Assembly (NCBI GenBank): GCA_900659855.1
Contig: CAACVI010000050.1
Location: 85,902-149,901 of the forward strand
DNA: 64,000 nt
Direction of reading: 5' to 3'
Origin: Candidatus Desulfarcum epimagneticum
GTDB taxonomy: Bacteria > Desulfobacterota > Desulfobacteria > Desulfobacterales > CR-1
Positions 18,150 to 26,668 of the stretch are shown piece by piece; position 1 is the stretch's first letter, and each line of letters opens with the position of its first letter. The notes under the pieces were generated by a model. That model made no database searches. It was not told the origin of the DNA and was given only the letters and a program-made list of their open reading frames with translations. Both the position numbers and the translations under genes were made by a program.

Positions 18150-19364
18150 ATGAACACGGAAAAATCAGGCATCAAGCGTCGCAGTTTTCTGAAAATTCTG
18201 GGGGCGGCCGGGGTTGGCGGCATGGCCGGTTCCGTCATCAAACCGACTGTCTCCGCCGCCGCGGCAAAGGTGGGCGTCCGGCCTTTTGGCCGTTCCGGCA
18301 TTCAAACGCCGATACTGTCCTTGGGAACCATGTTCGACACCGGCGCCAACCAGCTCCTGCTCCGGCAGGCGGTGAAGTGGGGGGTGACCTATTGGGACAC
18401 CGCCCAGTACTACAACCGGTGGGGCAGTGAGATGGGAATCGGAAAATATCTGGCCAAATATCCGGAAGACCGGAAGAAAATTTTTCTGGTGTCCAAGTCA
18501 CAAAATCGGGATGCGAAAGGCTTGACCGCGGAGCTCAATGACTCCCTGGATAACCTCAAGACGGATTATCTGGATCTGTTTTTCGCGCACGCCGTGTCTG
18601 ACGCCGGGTCGGAATTGACCCCGGAGATCAAAGCCTGGAGCGAAAAAATGAAATCCATGGGAAAGTTCCGTCTGTTTGGATTCAGCGCCCATTCCAATAT
18701 GGCCGAGAACCTGTCCCACGCCGCGACCCTGGGCTGGATCGATGGGATCATGACCACATACAACTATAAAGTCATGGCCACCGATGAGATGAAGCGGGCC
18801 GTCGACGCCTGCCACAAAGCCGGCATCGGGCTGACCGCGATGAAAACACAGGCCTCCTCGGTCTGGTCCCGCGCGGGCTTTGAAAGCGCCGAGAGCCGGT
18901 CCCTGGCCGAACGATTTATAGACAAAGGGATGACAAAGGAGCAGGCGAAACTGCTGGCTGTCTGGACCGACGAGCGGATCGCGTCTGTCTGTTCCCAAAT
19001 GAATACCATGACCATCCTCAAAGCCAATGTCGAAGCCGCGGTGAATCAAAAACGCCTGACCGCTTCGGATCGCCGCTGTTTCGAAGCCGAGGCCCAGGCC
19101 ACCGCCGCCCATTATTGCGCGGGATGCGCCGCCACCTGCCGGTCCGTTCTTTCCGGAGCCGTCCCGGTGGATAAAGTCATGCGATGCCTCATGTATGCCC
19201 GCGGTTACGGCGATCATTTTCGGGCGAGGGTGGAATTTCGAGAAATTCCGGGTTCGGCGCGCGGCCGACTGGCGAGTCTGGATTATTCGGAAGCCGAGCG
19301 CAATTGCCCCCAGAACATGCCCATCGGCCGGCTCATGGCCGAAGCGGCGGCGGAACTCTCTTAA
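18150..19364 (+). CDS. Tat-signal aldo/keto reductase-family protein with a C-terminal Cys-rich extension
   Basis: The internal ATG at 18150 has the RBS aaaggag. The Tat motif reads KRRSFLKILGAAGVGG. The AKR core reads YWDTAQYY...DYLDLFFAH, and the C-terminal extension reads CAGCAATC...CPQNMP. Confidence 0.8.
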   Translation: MNTEKSGIKRRSFLKILGAAGVGGMAGSVIKPTVSAAAAKVGVRPFGRSGIQTPILSLGTMFDTGANQLLLRQAVKWGVTYWDTAQYYNRWGSEMGIGKYLAKYPEDRKKIFLVSKSQNRDAKGLTAELNDSLDNLKTDYLDLFFAHAVSDAGSELTPEIKAWSEKMKSMGKFRLFGFSAHSNMAENLSHAATLGWIDGIMTTYNYKVMATDEMKRAVDACHKAGIGLTAMKTQASSVWSRAGFESAESRSLAERFIDKGMTKEQAKLLAVWTDERIASVCSQMNTMTILKANVEAAVNQKRLTASDRRCFEAEAQATAAHYCAGCAATCRSVLSGAVPVDKVMRCLMYARGYGDHFRARVEFREIPGSARGRLASLDYSEAERNCPQNMPIGRLMAEAAAELS

Positions 19365-19475
19365 TCCGTTTTTTTCACACTCATACGATATTTTAACTAT
19401 ATGCGCTATTGTGGCATGTACATGGGCAGATGATCGTCCTTTTGTTTTTAACTTGCGCATTGGAGGCGCGTTACG

Positions 19476-19794
19476 ATGCTCGCGGATGACAAAAAAATTC
19501 TTGGAGAGGTCTCTCATGGTATTCGACGGCTGTATCCCGATACTCGTGTGTGGGCTTTCGGCTCTCGCGCAAGGGGAGATGCCGCATGGGAGTCTGATTT
19601 TTGATATCCTTTTTGTTTTGCCACAAAAAGACAAGTCGGATGAATCGGCTATAATGGATATTTGTTGGGAAATCGGCTTTGAGAATGATCGAGTCATCAC
19701 TCCCGTGATTCTGGACCGGAAACAGTTTGAGCGTGGTCCGATGTCTGAAAGCGCATTAATTGATAACATCCTGCATGAAGGTGTGGCGGCATGA
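19476..19794 (+). pseudogene. MNT-type nucleotidyltransferase (antitoxin-like) disrupted by a +1 frameshift in a T5 run
   Basis: The frame from ATG 19476 (RBS ggagg) reads MLADDKKILGEVSHGIRRLYPDTRVWAFGSRARGDAAWESDF and stops at 19602-19604. Removing one T from 19596-19600 continues it as DILFVLPQKDK...ILHEGVAA through 19794. Confidence 0.65.
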
Positions 19795-19859
19795 TATCTA
19801 AAAATATCAAAGCGCTTGCGCAATACAGACTGGAGCAGGGAGATTTACACAGAAGGTGA
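19791..19859 (+). pseudogene. Probable 5' remnant of a HEPN-type toxin gene
   Basis: The ATG overlaps the MNT stop (ATGA). The ORF reads MISKNIKALAQYRLEQ and then terminates after 22 codons. The assignment rests on position and a short N-terminal resemblance only. Confidence 0.3.
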
Positions 19860-19927
19860 ATTAGACCCTCAGTCAACTATTCGAAATTTTCGAATAGTTC
19901 AAAGAGAAGGAAATAGGGAAGTTTCGA

Positions 19928-20074
19928 GGGAACAACGCGTTCAAAGACTGGTCGGGAATATTCAAAAATGACTCCACCCCGGCGTCGGCCATACTCGACC
20001 GCCTTCTGCGTCATGCCGAAACCATACTGATTCAAGGGCAAAGCTTTAGAATGAAAGACAAAATCGAGTCCTGA
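19928..20074 (+). mobile_element. 3' fragment of an IS21-family istB (transposition helper ATPase) gene
   Basis: The translation GNNAFKDWSGIFKNDSTPASAILDRLLRHAETILIQGQSFRMKDKIES* matches the conserved IstB C-terminus (AILDRLLHH...G.SYR). There is no upstream ATPase domain and no istA. Confidence 0.6.
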
Positions 20075-20080
20075 GACGTG

Positions 20081-20120
20081 ATCGCCGGGATTAAAACGGC
20101 CAATCCCGGCGATTATTTTT
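20081..20120 (+). terminator. Rho-independent terminator after the istB remnant
   Basis: A perfect 12-bp stem (atcgccgggatt / aatcccggcgat) with a 9-nt loop, followed by tattttt. Confidence 0.5.
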
Positions 20121-20175
20121 AACCGGCGCTTTCAAACCGCTATTTTTTATACATTTTTACGCCACCGCTGACAAT

Positions 20176-20385
20176 ATGGAGACCACACTGACGATCCGTT
20201 TGTCCGAGGAGGTGAAAAAGTCCCCGAATGATCTGTGTCAATCGGAAAGAAAAGGGCTCAGCGAGCTGGTGAGGGATTTGTTTGAAAATTACTTGACGAT
20301 TAAGCGTTTCAGACAGTTGCGCTCAAAATCTTTTCCTTTCGCGGAGACAACCGGTTTTCTCACGCATCAAGACGTTTTTGAGTAA
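20176..20385 (+). CDS. Orphan RHH antitoxin paralogue (second copy of the 13555 gene)
   Basis: 69 aa, METTLTIRLSEEVKKSPNDLCQSERKGLSELVRD..., clearly alignable at the DNA level with 13555-13773. Confidence 0.6.
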   Translation: METTLTIRLSEEVKKSPNDLCQSERKGLSELVRDLFENYLTIKRFRQLRSKSFPFAETTGFLTHQDVFE

Positions 20386-20390
20386 CTGAC

Positions 20391-20453
20391 GTAAAAATCG
20401 GTTTTGACTCAAATGTCTATATAGCGGCTTTCGCGACCCATTGGATTTATCAC
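20391..20453 (+). pseudogene. Remnant of the partner PIN toxin gene (start codon lost, truncated)
   Basis: The region aligns with 13770-13833, but GTG has become GTA and the similarity stops after about 63 nt. Confidence 0.6.
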
Positions 20454-20484
20454 TATGGATGATGGCCAAGGGATGATTTTCATG

Positions 20485-20513
20485 CAAAATAAAAAGGGCG
20501 GCCGAAGCCGCCC
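20485..20513 (-). terminator. Rho-independent terminator of the tRNA-Lys/tRNA-Glu transcription unit
   Basis: On the minus strand: gggcggc ttcg gccgccc followed by tttttatttt, 15 nt downstream of the tRNA-Glu 3' end. Confidence 0.6.
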
Positions 20514-20527
20514 CGCTATTTTTAAGG

Positions 20528-20605
20528 TGGCGTCCCCAAGGGGATTTGAACCCCTGTTGCCGGCGTGAAAGGCCGGTGTCCTGGACCAGGCTAGACGATG
20601 GGGAC
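20528..20605 (-). tRNA. tRNA-Glu (anticodon UUC), CCA encoded
   Basis: The minus strand reads GTCCCCATCGTCTAGCCTGGTCCAGGACACCGGCCTTTCACGCCGGCAACAGGGGTTCAAATCCCCTTGGGGACGCCA. It folds as a cloverleaf with the anticodon loop CTTTCAC. Confidence 0.9.
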
Positions 20606-20617
20606 GCGGGATGGAGA

Positions 20618-20693
20618 TGGTGGGCCGTGCTGGGCTCGAACCAGCGACTCTCTGCTTAAAAGGCAGATACTCTACCGACTGAGTTAACGGCCC
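20618..20693 (-). tRNA. tRNA-Lys (anticodon UUU), CCA encoded
   Basis: The minus strand reads GGGCCGTTAACTCAGTCGGTAGAGTATCTGCCTTTTAAGCAGAGAGTCGCTGGTTCGAGCCCAGCACGGCCCACCA, with the anticodon loop CTTTTAA. Confidence 0.9.
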
Positions 20694-20760
20694 TTTGACT
20701 TAAATTCGTAATGTAATTCTTTTTGAAAAATTTGTCAACCCAATAAATGAATTTTTTAAA

Positions 20761-22209
20761 TTATTTTCTCCAGAATTCCGGGACCAGAAGGATGATCACC
20801 GTGAATATTTCCAGTCGGCCCAGGAGCATGCACCATATCAGGAGATACTTTCCCAACAAGGGCATTTGGGAGTAGTTTTCAACCGGTCCCACCAGACCAA
20901 AGCCCGGGCCGATGTTTCCGATGGCCGAGGCCGCCGCTCCAATGGCGGTCATGAAATCCAGGCCCAGGGCCGCGAGCAGGATGGAGGCCGCCACGAATAT
21001 TCCCACGTAGAGCCCCAAAAAACCCAGAACGCTCTGGATCACATCCTCGGACACCGCCCTTCCGCCGATTTTGATGCGTTTGACCGCCCGGGGATGGATG
21101 GTGGAAAACAGCTCCTTGTAGCAGTATTTCAGGTAGAGCATGATCCTGAGTATTTTCATTCCTCCCCCGGTGGACCCTGCCGAGGCTCCGGCGAACATAC
21201 ACAGCAGGATGATGATCCGGGACATGGCCGGCCATGTTTCGTAATCCGCTGTGGCGAATCCGGTGGTGGTGATGATGGAAATCACCTGGAAGGCCCCCAG
21301 GCGGATGGATTGGCCGATGGACTCGCCCGCGTTTCCGTAAATATTGAGGCTGACGAGGGCCGTGAGGACCAGAACCGCGCGCAGGAAAAATTTGCATTCG
21401 GGGTCCTGCCACAAAGCCAGGGGGCTGCCCTTGAGCATCTGGTAGTGCAGGGAAAAGTTCACCCCGGCCAGAATCATGAAAAGCATGATCACGCAGTCTA
21501 TGTAAACGCTGTCATAGTGGGCGATGGAGGCGTTTTGGGTGGAAAAGCCGCCGGTGGGCATGGTGGTGAAGGCGTGGCACACGGCGTCGAAGGCCCCCAT
21601 TCCGCCGGCCATGAGAAGGAGAGCCTCCCCGACGGTGAAAAGCGCGTACACCTTCCAAAGCGTCATGGCGGTGTCCCGGATATGGGGTTTGAGCTTGTCC
21701 GGGACCGGGGTGGGGACTTCGGCCTTGTACAGCTGCATGCCCCCGACGCCCAGGAAGGGGAGGATGGCCACGGAAAGCACGATGATGCCCATGCCCCCGA
21801 GCCACTGGATAAAGCTTCTCCAGAAAAGCAGCGCCTTTGAAATGGACTGGATGTCGGTGAGGATGGAGGCCCCGGTGGTGGTGAAACCCGACACGGACTC
21901 AAACAGGGCGTCCACAAAGCCGGGGAACTCCCCGGTGAGGTAAAAGGGGAGGGCGCCGAAGAGCCCCACCGCGCTCCAGCCCGCCGCCACGATGGCCATG
22001 CCTTCCCGCTGGCTCATGTAGTCCGTGGGGGGGCTTTTGGAAAAAAGAAACAGAAAGAGACCTGAAAAGACGGTGATGAGCATGGAGATCAGAAGGGGGG
22101 CGGCGTTTTCCTCATGGTAATAAAGCCCGGCCAGGATGGGGAGCGTCATGAGAAAACCCAGGAAAAAAATCAGAACGCCGGTGATGTTGAGCACATAGCG
22201 CCAGCGCAT
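20761..22209 (-). CDS. trkH: Trk-type potassium uptake membrane subunit TrkH
   Basis: 482 aa and polytopic, with repeated selectivity-filter-like motifs (TTTGAS, MPTGGFS, TTTGFA, STGGGM). Confidence 0.9.
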   Translation of the reverse strand: MRWRYVLNITGVLIFFLGFLMTLPILAGLYYHEENAAPLLISMLITVFSGLFLFLFSKSPPTDYMSQREGMAIVAAGWSAVGLFGALPFYLTGEFPGFVDALFESVSGFTTTGASILTDIQSISKALLFWRSFIQWLGGMGIIVLSVAILPFLGVGGMQLYKAEVPTPVPDKLKPHIRDTAMTLWKVYALFTVGEALLLMAGGMGAFDAVCHAFTTMPTGGFSTQNASIAHYDSVYIDCVIMLFMILAGVNFSLHYQMLKGSPLALWQDPECKFFLRAVLVLTALVSLNIYGNAGESIGQSIRLGAFQVISIITTTGFATADYETWPAMSRIIILLCMFAGASAGSTGGGMKILRIMLYLKYCYKELFSTIHPRAVKRIKIGGRAVSEDVIQSVLGFLGLYVGIFVAASILLAALGLDFMTAIGAAASAIGNIGPGFGLVGPVENYSQMPLLGKYLLIWCMLLGRLEIFTVIILLVPEFWRK

Positions 22210-23568
22210 TTAAAAATACTCCAGCTTTACCGACAGGAAGTCTTCGATTTTGGGGATGGCCTGGCGTCGGGCGAAGATGATGATTTTGTCGCCGGGCTCC
22301 ACCGTGTTTCGCCCGTCGGGGATGGTGACGTCATCTCCCCGGATGATGCCCGCGATCAGGGCGCCTTTGGGAATGGAGAGCTTGTTCAGGGGTTTTCCCA
22401 CAATGTCGGATGTCTCAAGGGCCACGGCTTCCATGACCTCGGCCTGGTCCCCGATGATGGACACCGCTGAAATCACCTTGCCTCTTCGGATATGGCCCAA
22501 AATGGAGTTGATGGCGGAAAGCCGGGGGCTGATGACCTGCTCAAGGCCGATGGCCGACATCAGGGGAAAGTAGCTGAACTTGTTTATTTTGGTGATGATT
22601 TTTCGAACCCCCATGCGCTTGGCCAGAAGAGAGGTCAGGATATTGGTCTCCTCCTGGCCGGTGAGGGTGATCACGATGTCCATGTTTCCGGCGTTGACCT
22701 CGTTGAGAAGCGTCTGATCGGAGGCGTCGCCATGAAGGACCACGGTTTTGTCCAGGCTGTCGGCGAGTTTTTCGCACTGCTCCGCGTCTTTGTCGATGAG
22801 TTTGGTCTGGATGGATTTTTTTTCCAGCGAGGCGGCCAGGCGGCCCCCGATCCGGCCTCCCCCCACGATGAGGGCCCGGTTGATGGGCTCCTCCTGTTTT
22901 TTGAAAAACGCCAGGGTCTTTTGCAGGTCGCCGGCCTCGGAGATGAAATACACCAGGTCTTCTTTTTCCAGGGTGTCGTTTCCCCGGGGGATGATCAATT
23001 CCCCGTTTCTCACCACAGCGGCGATCAGGGGCTTGTCCTCATTGACTTTGGAGAGTTTGGAAAGAGGGATTCCGGTCAGCTCGTCGTTCTCCATGTGAAT
23101 GCCCACGAATTTGACCCGACCGTCGGCGAACTCGTTGACATCCACCGCCCCGGGGACGCCCATTAAGTTCTCAATGGTTTTCACCACCTCGATTTCCGGG
23201 CTGATGATGTGGTCGATGTGGGGGGGAAGATCCCGGAAGCTGTCGTGGTACTTGTCAAAGCCCGCCCCGCGCACCCGGGCGATTTTTTTGATGTGGGGGG
23301 CCACGATGCTCGCCATGAGGCTGGCCACGAGATTGGTCTCATCGTGGTTGGTGACCGCCAGGATGATCTCGGCGTTTTTGACTCCGGCCTCCTCCAGAAG
23401 AAGGGGATTGCTCCCTGAGCCGTGGATGGCCTGGACATCGATCCGCTCCGACACCCGGCGCGCCGCCTCCGGGTCGTTGTCAATGACCACCACATCTTTG
23501 TTTTCACGGGACAGGTGGCTGGCGATGTGAAAGCCCACCTCCCCGGCCCCGACAATGATGATTCTCAA
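22210..23568 (-). CDS. trkA: Trk system NAD-binding subunit TrkA (tandem RCK domains)
   Basis: 452 aa with two Rossmann motifs (IIIVGAGEVG and ALIVGGGRIGG) plus RCK_C segments. It starts with TTG. Confidence 0.92.
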   Translation of the reverse strand: MRIIIVGAGEVGFHIASHLSRENKDVVVIDNDPEAARRVSERIDVQAIHGSGSNPLLLEEAGVKNAEIILAVTNHDETNLVASLMASIVAPHIKKIARVRGAGFDKYHDSFRDLPPHIDHIISPEIEVVKTIENLMGVPGAVDVNEFADGRVKFVGIHMENDELTGIPLSKLSKVNEDKPLIAAVVRNGELIIPRGNDTLEKEDLVYFISEAGDLQKTLAFFKKQEEPINRALIVGGGRIGGRLAASLEKKSIQTKLIDKDAEQCEKLADSLDKTVVLHGDASDQTLLNEVNAGNMDIVITLTGQEETNILTSLLAKRMGVRKIITKINKFSYFPLMSAIGLEQVISPRLSAINSILGHIRRGKVISAVSIIGDQAEVMEAVALETSDIVGKPLNKLSIPKGALIAGIIRGDDVTIPDGRNTVEPGDKIIIFARRQAIPKIEDFLSVKLEYF

Positions 23569-23719
23569 TTTGATCCGGCTCCCCGTTTTGGATGTTCAGC
23601 GCCCGGGACGCTTTTTTCGAAAAACACAAACATACCCTTATATCTTATATTTTTCGTCATTGTCAAACACAAGAGGCAAAATATTTTTTTTCGCCGCCGG
23701 CCGTTTCGGGCGCATGGTG

Positions 23720-24472
23720 TCACAGCGCGGCGATGAGCGTCCCGGCGCATAAAATCGCGGCGGGGATCAGCGCTTTTTTTTTCAAGGGCTCAAATTTCAT
23801 TTGGGCCCGGCTCTCGGAATACAGACGGGCCTCCATGGCCTCGGCCAGCCGGTCGGCGCTGTCAAAGGTTTTTCGGATCAGGGGCAGGGCGGTTTTTCGG
23901 ATTTTATACACGGGATTTTTCCGGCGCTCCATGAGCCGGGCGCGCTGGGCCGTTGAGATTTCAGCGGCCTGCTCAAAAATGACCGGGATGAAACGGAGCA
24001 AAAGCCCGAGCATCATGGCGGCTTTTCGCTCCGGGATCAGGGGAACCGGCCTGAGCAGCCATTGCGCCGCGCCGCGTGTCTCGGAATGGGTCGTGGTGGA
24101 GGAAAATAAAATTCCCAAAAGCACAATGTCAAAAAGCCGCCATGCCGAAAGCGCCCCCAATCGGGCCCCCTCCCAGCTCCACTGAAGCCAGGGGCCGCCG
24201 GGCAGGTCCCCGGGGGGCGAAAAGGCCCGGACCGCGAACAAAAAAACCAGGAAGACCCCAAAGCGCCGGGTCCTCCATATGACGGACAGGATGGAAAAGC
24301 CGGCTGTTTTAAGGAAAAAGAAAAAAATGCCGGACAGGGCCAAAAGGGGGATGGCCCCGGCGTGGAGGATGGCCGGGCTGATGATCAGAACGCTGACGGC
24401 TTTGATCCGGGGATCTGTCCGGCGCAGGAGCGAATTCTCAAAACGCGGGCTGTGAAGGCTGGGCTCAAGCAT
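23720..24472 (-). CDS. bioN: ECF transporter transmembrane (T) component, BioN-like
   Basis: 250 aa, CbiQ/EcfT-like (DPRIKAVSVLII...ARLMERR). It overlaps the upstream ATPase gene by 8 nt, in bioY-bioM-bioN order. Confidence 0.8.
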   Translation of the reverse strand: MLEPSLHSPRFENSLLRRTDPRIKAVSVLIISPAILHAGAIPLLALSGIFFFFLKTAGFSILSVIWRTRRFGVFLVFLFAVRAFSPPGDLPGGPWLQWSWEGARLGALSAWRLFDIVLLGILFSSTTTHSETRGAAQWLLRPVPLIPERKAAMMLGLLLRFIPVIFEQAAEISTAQRARLMERRKNPVYKIRKTALPLIRKTFDSADRLAEAMEARLYSESRAQMKFEPLKKKALIPAAILCAGTLIAAL

Positions 24473-25232
24473 GGCGACTCTTTGGGTTTCCGGCCGGGTC
24501 CAAAACCTGTTTCCGGGAAAAGGGACCGGGCGGCATCACACCGAATTTTTCCAGGTCCACCGGCTCTTCCCCGGGTTTGAATGAGGCGGTGATGGCTCCG
24601 TTTTCCATGATCACCAGCCGGTCCGCGTGGGGCAGGACCTTATGGGGATCATGGGTGGTGAGGATGATGGCGCGGCCGTTTTCCTTCATGATCAGCATCT
24701 GGCGGATGACGGCCCGGATTCCGGGGTAATCCAGGTTGGCGAAGGGCTCGTCAAAAACGATGATCTCCGGCTCCATGGCCAGTATTCCGGCGATGGCCAG
24801 GCGGCGTTTTTCTCCCCCGGACAAAAGATGGGCCGGTCTTTGGGCCAGATCCGACAGCCCCGTGGTTTTTAAAGCGGCCCGGACCCGCCTGTCGATTTCT
24901 TCCGGGCCCAGGCCCAGGTTCTGGGGTCCGAAGGCCGTGTCCTCGTAAACCGTTTCCCCCACGATCTGGCTGTCCGCGTCCTGGAACACCATCCCCACCC
25001 GCCGGCGGGCCGCCGCCGGGTCCCTGGAGACGGGGATTCCCGACACCCGAACCTCCCCCTCCCGGGGCGTGAGCAGGCCGTTTAAATGTCGAAGCAGGGT
25101 GGTTTTTCCCGATCCGTTTCGTCCGGCGATAATCACAAACTCCCCTTTTTCAACGGTCAAACTCACGCGGTCCAGCCCCCGGACGCCGCCGGGGAAAGAG
25201 TGGGTCAGATTTTTGATTTCAATGATGCTCAT
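24465..25232 (-). CDS. bioM: ECF transporter ATPase component, BioM-like
   Basis: Walker A GRNGSGKTT, signature LSGGEKRRLAIA, Walker B IIVFDEP. Confidence 0.85.
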   Translation of the reverse strand: MSIIEIKNLTHSFPGGVRGLDRVSLTVEKGEFVIIAGRNGSGKTTLLRHLNGLLTPREGEVRVSGIPVSRDPAAARRRVGMVFQDADSQIVGETVYEDTAFGPQNLGLGPEEIDRRVRAALKTTGLSDLAQRPAHLLSGGEKRRLAIAGILAMEPEIIVFDEPFANLDYPGIRAVIRQMLIMKENGRAIILTTHDPHKVLPHADRLVIMENGAITASFKPGEEPVDLEKFGVMPPGPFSRKQVLDPAGNPKSRHA

Positions 25233-25250
25233 GGGGTGTGGTTTCGGCGT

Positions 25251-25844
25251 TTAGTCGGATGGCGGGGCCGGGGTCGGCGGTTTCGGTCGGTCCAGGTCCG
25301 GTTGAATCAGTTCCGGCCGCGTCCCGGGCCTGATGCGCCCGGCGATCCACACGGCGGCCGCGATCTTCAAGGCGTCTCCCGGGAGAAAGGGGACCATGCC
25401 GATCATCAAAGTTTTTGAGAAAGAAAAACCCGTGTGAAATGTCAGCCATGACACGCCAAGGGCGTAGATGATCAAAGACCCCAGGGCCAGGGCCGCCGCG
25501 TCGAACACGATCCCGGCTCTTTTTTCCGAAATGGCCCCGATCACAAAGGCCGCCGGGACAAATCCCGCCAGATAGCCGCCGGTGGGGCCGGCGAAATAGC
25601 CGATCCCGCCGGCCCCCCCGGCGAAAACCGGAAGCCCGGCCGCGCCGGCCAGAAGATAGACGGCCATGGAAGCCGCCCCCCATTTTTTTCCCAGGACAAG
25701 CCCGGCCAGAAGAACAAACAGGGTCTGGAGCGAGACGGGCGCGGGGCTTAAGGGAAAGGGAATGGCGATGTAGGCCCCCACAGCGGTCAGGGCGGCGAAC
25801 AGGGACGCGCGCGTCATCATTTTAAGTGAAAAATTATGGGTCAT
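25251..25844 (-). CDS. bioY: Biotin ECF transporter substrate-specific component BioY
   Basis: 197 aa, six-TM BioY-like sequence (SLQTLFVLLAGLVLGKKWGA...GPTGGYLAGF). Confidence 0.88.
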   Translation of the reverse strand: MTHNFSLKMMTRASLFAALTAVGAYIAIPFPLSPAPVSLQTLFVLLAGLVLGKKWGAASMAVYLLAGAAGLPVFAGGAGGIGYFAGPTGGYLAGFVPAAFVIGAISEKRAGIVFDAAALALGSLIIYALGVSWLTFHTGFSFSKTLMIGMVPFLPGDALKIAAAVWIAGRIRPGTRPELIQPDLDRPKPPTPAPPSD

Positions 25845-26668
25845 GGATTCGGATTTCCCCGGAGGGGCGTTTCGTCGGAAAGAGGGCGCGTGTGAAAGCA
25901 GTCGCCGTGGGTGATTTTTTCCCGGGACCCGTCTGAAAGGGCCAGGACCAGCGCCCCGTTTTCATCCACATCCTCGGCCACGCCTTCAAATACCCGGCGC
26001 CCGGTTTCGATTCTCACCTTTCGGCCGAGGGTGAGGGTCTCCTTTTTCCATTCCCCGGCCACATCCTCCATGGCCGGGGATTCGATGAAGTGCCCATAGT
26101 CGTTTAAAAATGTCATGAGCAGCGCTTTTGGGTTTGTGTCTTTTTTTAAAATGGACTTCAATGAGCATGCCCCGGGCTCGGAAGGGGACGGGTCATTGTT
26201 GACATTGATCCCCACGCCGATGTTCAAAAATGAGACAGCCCGGCCGTCGACCTCCATCTCCGAAAGGATTCCCGCGAGTTTTTTTTCTTTGACCATCACA
26301 TCGTTGGGCCATTTGACCCGGGCGTCCACTCCGAGCGTTCGGCGCAGGGTTCCGGCCAGAACAAGGGAGGCGGAGAAATTGAATTTGAAGGCGGCGGCGA
26401 GGGGTGTCCGGGGCCTGAGCACGATGGTGAAATAAAGCCCCCCCTCCGGGGAGAGCCATGTCCGCGTCAGGCGTCCCCGGCCGCCGGTCTGGCGACCGGC
26501 CGCCGCCACCGTGAAATGGGGGCAGCCCTGGTTCGCCAGATCTCTCGCCGCGTCCATGGTGGAGACGACTTCGGGAAAATAGTGAACGGCTCCCGGCGCC
26601 GGGAAAGAGCCTTCTGTTTTCCCGGCGCTGTTTTTTTCAGCGATTTTCAGACTCCCTACCAGCCCCAT
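25841..26668 (-). CDS. birA: Biotin--[acetyl-CoA-carboxylase] ligase BirA (no N-terminal HTH domain)
   Basis: It has GRQTGGRGRLTRTWLSPEGGLYFTIVLRP and KWPNDVMV. The internal ATG at 26668 is preferred, because the Arg-rich track extension overlaps the upstream gene. Confidence 0.85.
   Translation of the reverse strand: MGLVGSLKIAEKNSAGKTEGSFPAPGAVHYFPEVVSTMDAARDLANQGCPHFTVAAAGRQTGGRGRLTRTWLSPEGGLYFTIVLRPRTPLAAAFKFNFSASLVLAGTLRRTLGVDARVKWPNDVMVKEKKLAGILSEMEVDGRAVSFLNIGVGINVNNDPSPSEPGACSLKSILKKDTNPKALLMTFLNDYGHFIESPAMEDVAGEWKKETLTLGRKVRIETGRRVFEGVAEDVDENGALVLALSDGSREKITHGDCFHTRPLSDETPLRGNPNP

Noticed and set aside
18498-19823. A 441-aa ORF on the minus strand, antisense to the aldo/keto reductase and the MNT pseudogene
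   Set aside because: It has Arg/Gly-rich shadow-frame composition and no motifs. It spans two unrelated regions of different GC content, which argues against a real gene.
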